A DNA stretch of 64,000 bases from Lytechinus pictus (taxonomy: Eukaryota), in assembly GCF_037042905.1 (NCBI RefSeq), contig NC_087251.1, positions 30,568,001 to 30,632,000 of the forward strand, in the 5' to 3' direction. Each line of letters starts with the position of its first letter. Position 1 is the stretch's first letter. The notes under the pieces are model-generated. The model was not told the origin of the DNA, ran no database searches, and saw only the letters and a program-made list of their open reading frames with translations. Positions 62,891-64,000 of the stretch are shown here, piece after piece. A program made the translations under genes and the position numbers.

Positions 62891-64000
62891 TTCAACAAAC
62901 CTTTTTTCTCATTTTCTGCTATTAAACAAAAGAAAATAACTTAATGCCCCCCCCCCCCCCAATATGAATATTCATGACTGCGTCTTCGGAATAAGAGTAT
63001 GGAGAGTTTCCTATTTAGAGATCAACTCTTGCTTTTTGCAGAGATTAGAACATTGATTCCAAATAAAATGATTTAGAAAGAATGTTGCCTTGTAAGTTTT
63101 ACTTGCTGCCGCTACTTGTCTGAAGTTATCAGGACTAAATGCAAAATTTTGAATTGTAGATAATATTTTGTAGGCTATCTATTATCTAGTAAATATTTCA
63201 AGATGTAACAATGTCATTATCCTATCAAGTCCATTTTGGGATAAATATTTATAAACAAAAAGAGAATCTGGACTACTTTTCACCCTCTTCTTATAAACCA
63301 CTATGTCTATAATACTCTGGATCTCGAACCCCCTTGATCTAATCAATGAAGACATAAAGTTGGTTTGAAATAGTAGACTTTTAGTGCCAGGCTGAGCTTT
63401 AAGATATCGTATTTATCAACAAGATGCAGGCAAGCGTCCCTGACATTCAGCAGACCACATTTGTCATCTCTCAAACCTGCTTTCTGCTAATGGCCACTCA
63501 CACTAAGCTGTTGGGATTAAATCAAAGTGTTCTCTGTATTTATAATGCCAAGATAATTTATTTTATAATCATTTTTTTTTGGTGCAATGTTATTTATTTA
63601 GCAATATTTATTTCCTATTTCCAAGAATTAGAAAAGAAAAGTAATAATCATCCAACCTTTAAAAAGAGGAGGTGAATTATTGTTTTTTTCTTCCAGAAGT
63701 GAATTCATGTTTTTAGATTATGAGTTAAATAACCACCACCCCACAAAAAATGAGAAAAGGGGGAAAGAAAAGGAAAAATATTGTAATATAACTTGCATTA
63801 AAATTTAATATTATTTAGTATTGTAGTTCTGTTTTTAAAAGCCAATTATGATTTATATACAATCAAAGTCTCTTTTTGAGAGTAAGGAAATAACTTTTAC
63901 TGGATTTAAATTTTAAAAAAGACTTAAAAAGGGTGTTATTTTCTCAATCAGTAAGAGTGGTAAATAGAGTAGCAGGTCCAGGGGGAATTACATGCAATCA

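Overview
AT-rich eukaryotic (metazoan) genomic DNA with GT-AG introns and dense SINE/LINE/MITE content; the repeat repertoire suggests a sea urchin or related deuterostome (inference). Two genes are arranged head-to-head: LRPPRC on the minus strand (exon 1 at 18996-19135, a 17-kb intron 1, exons 2-4 at 1713-1930, 813-935 and 247-368, continuing off the left edge) and PARP1 on the plus strand (12 phase-consistent exons, 23196-38155, encoding Zn1, Zn2, Zn3 and BRCT). No further PARP1 exon was recognised in the remaining 25.8 kb, which contains an antisense class A GPCR with an intronless CDS (48868-49980). LRPPRC intron 1 holds a spliced but disrupted DDE transposase gene and a young L1/Tx1 insertion. 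Most notable: (i) a mobile CRE+YY1+splice-donor cassette in three copies, each sense to its host gene, one of which could supply LRPPRC with an in-frame alternative first exon replacing the mitochondrial presequence with a short basic peptide; (ii) a SINE with a 7SL/Alu-like head and a Deu-like core; (iii) four CA-terminal DNA elements that all have 6-bp target-site duplications. All calls were made by eye, without database searches.
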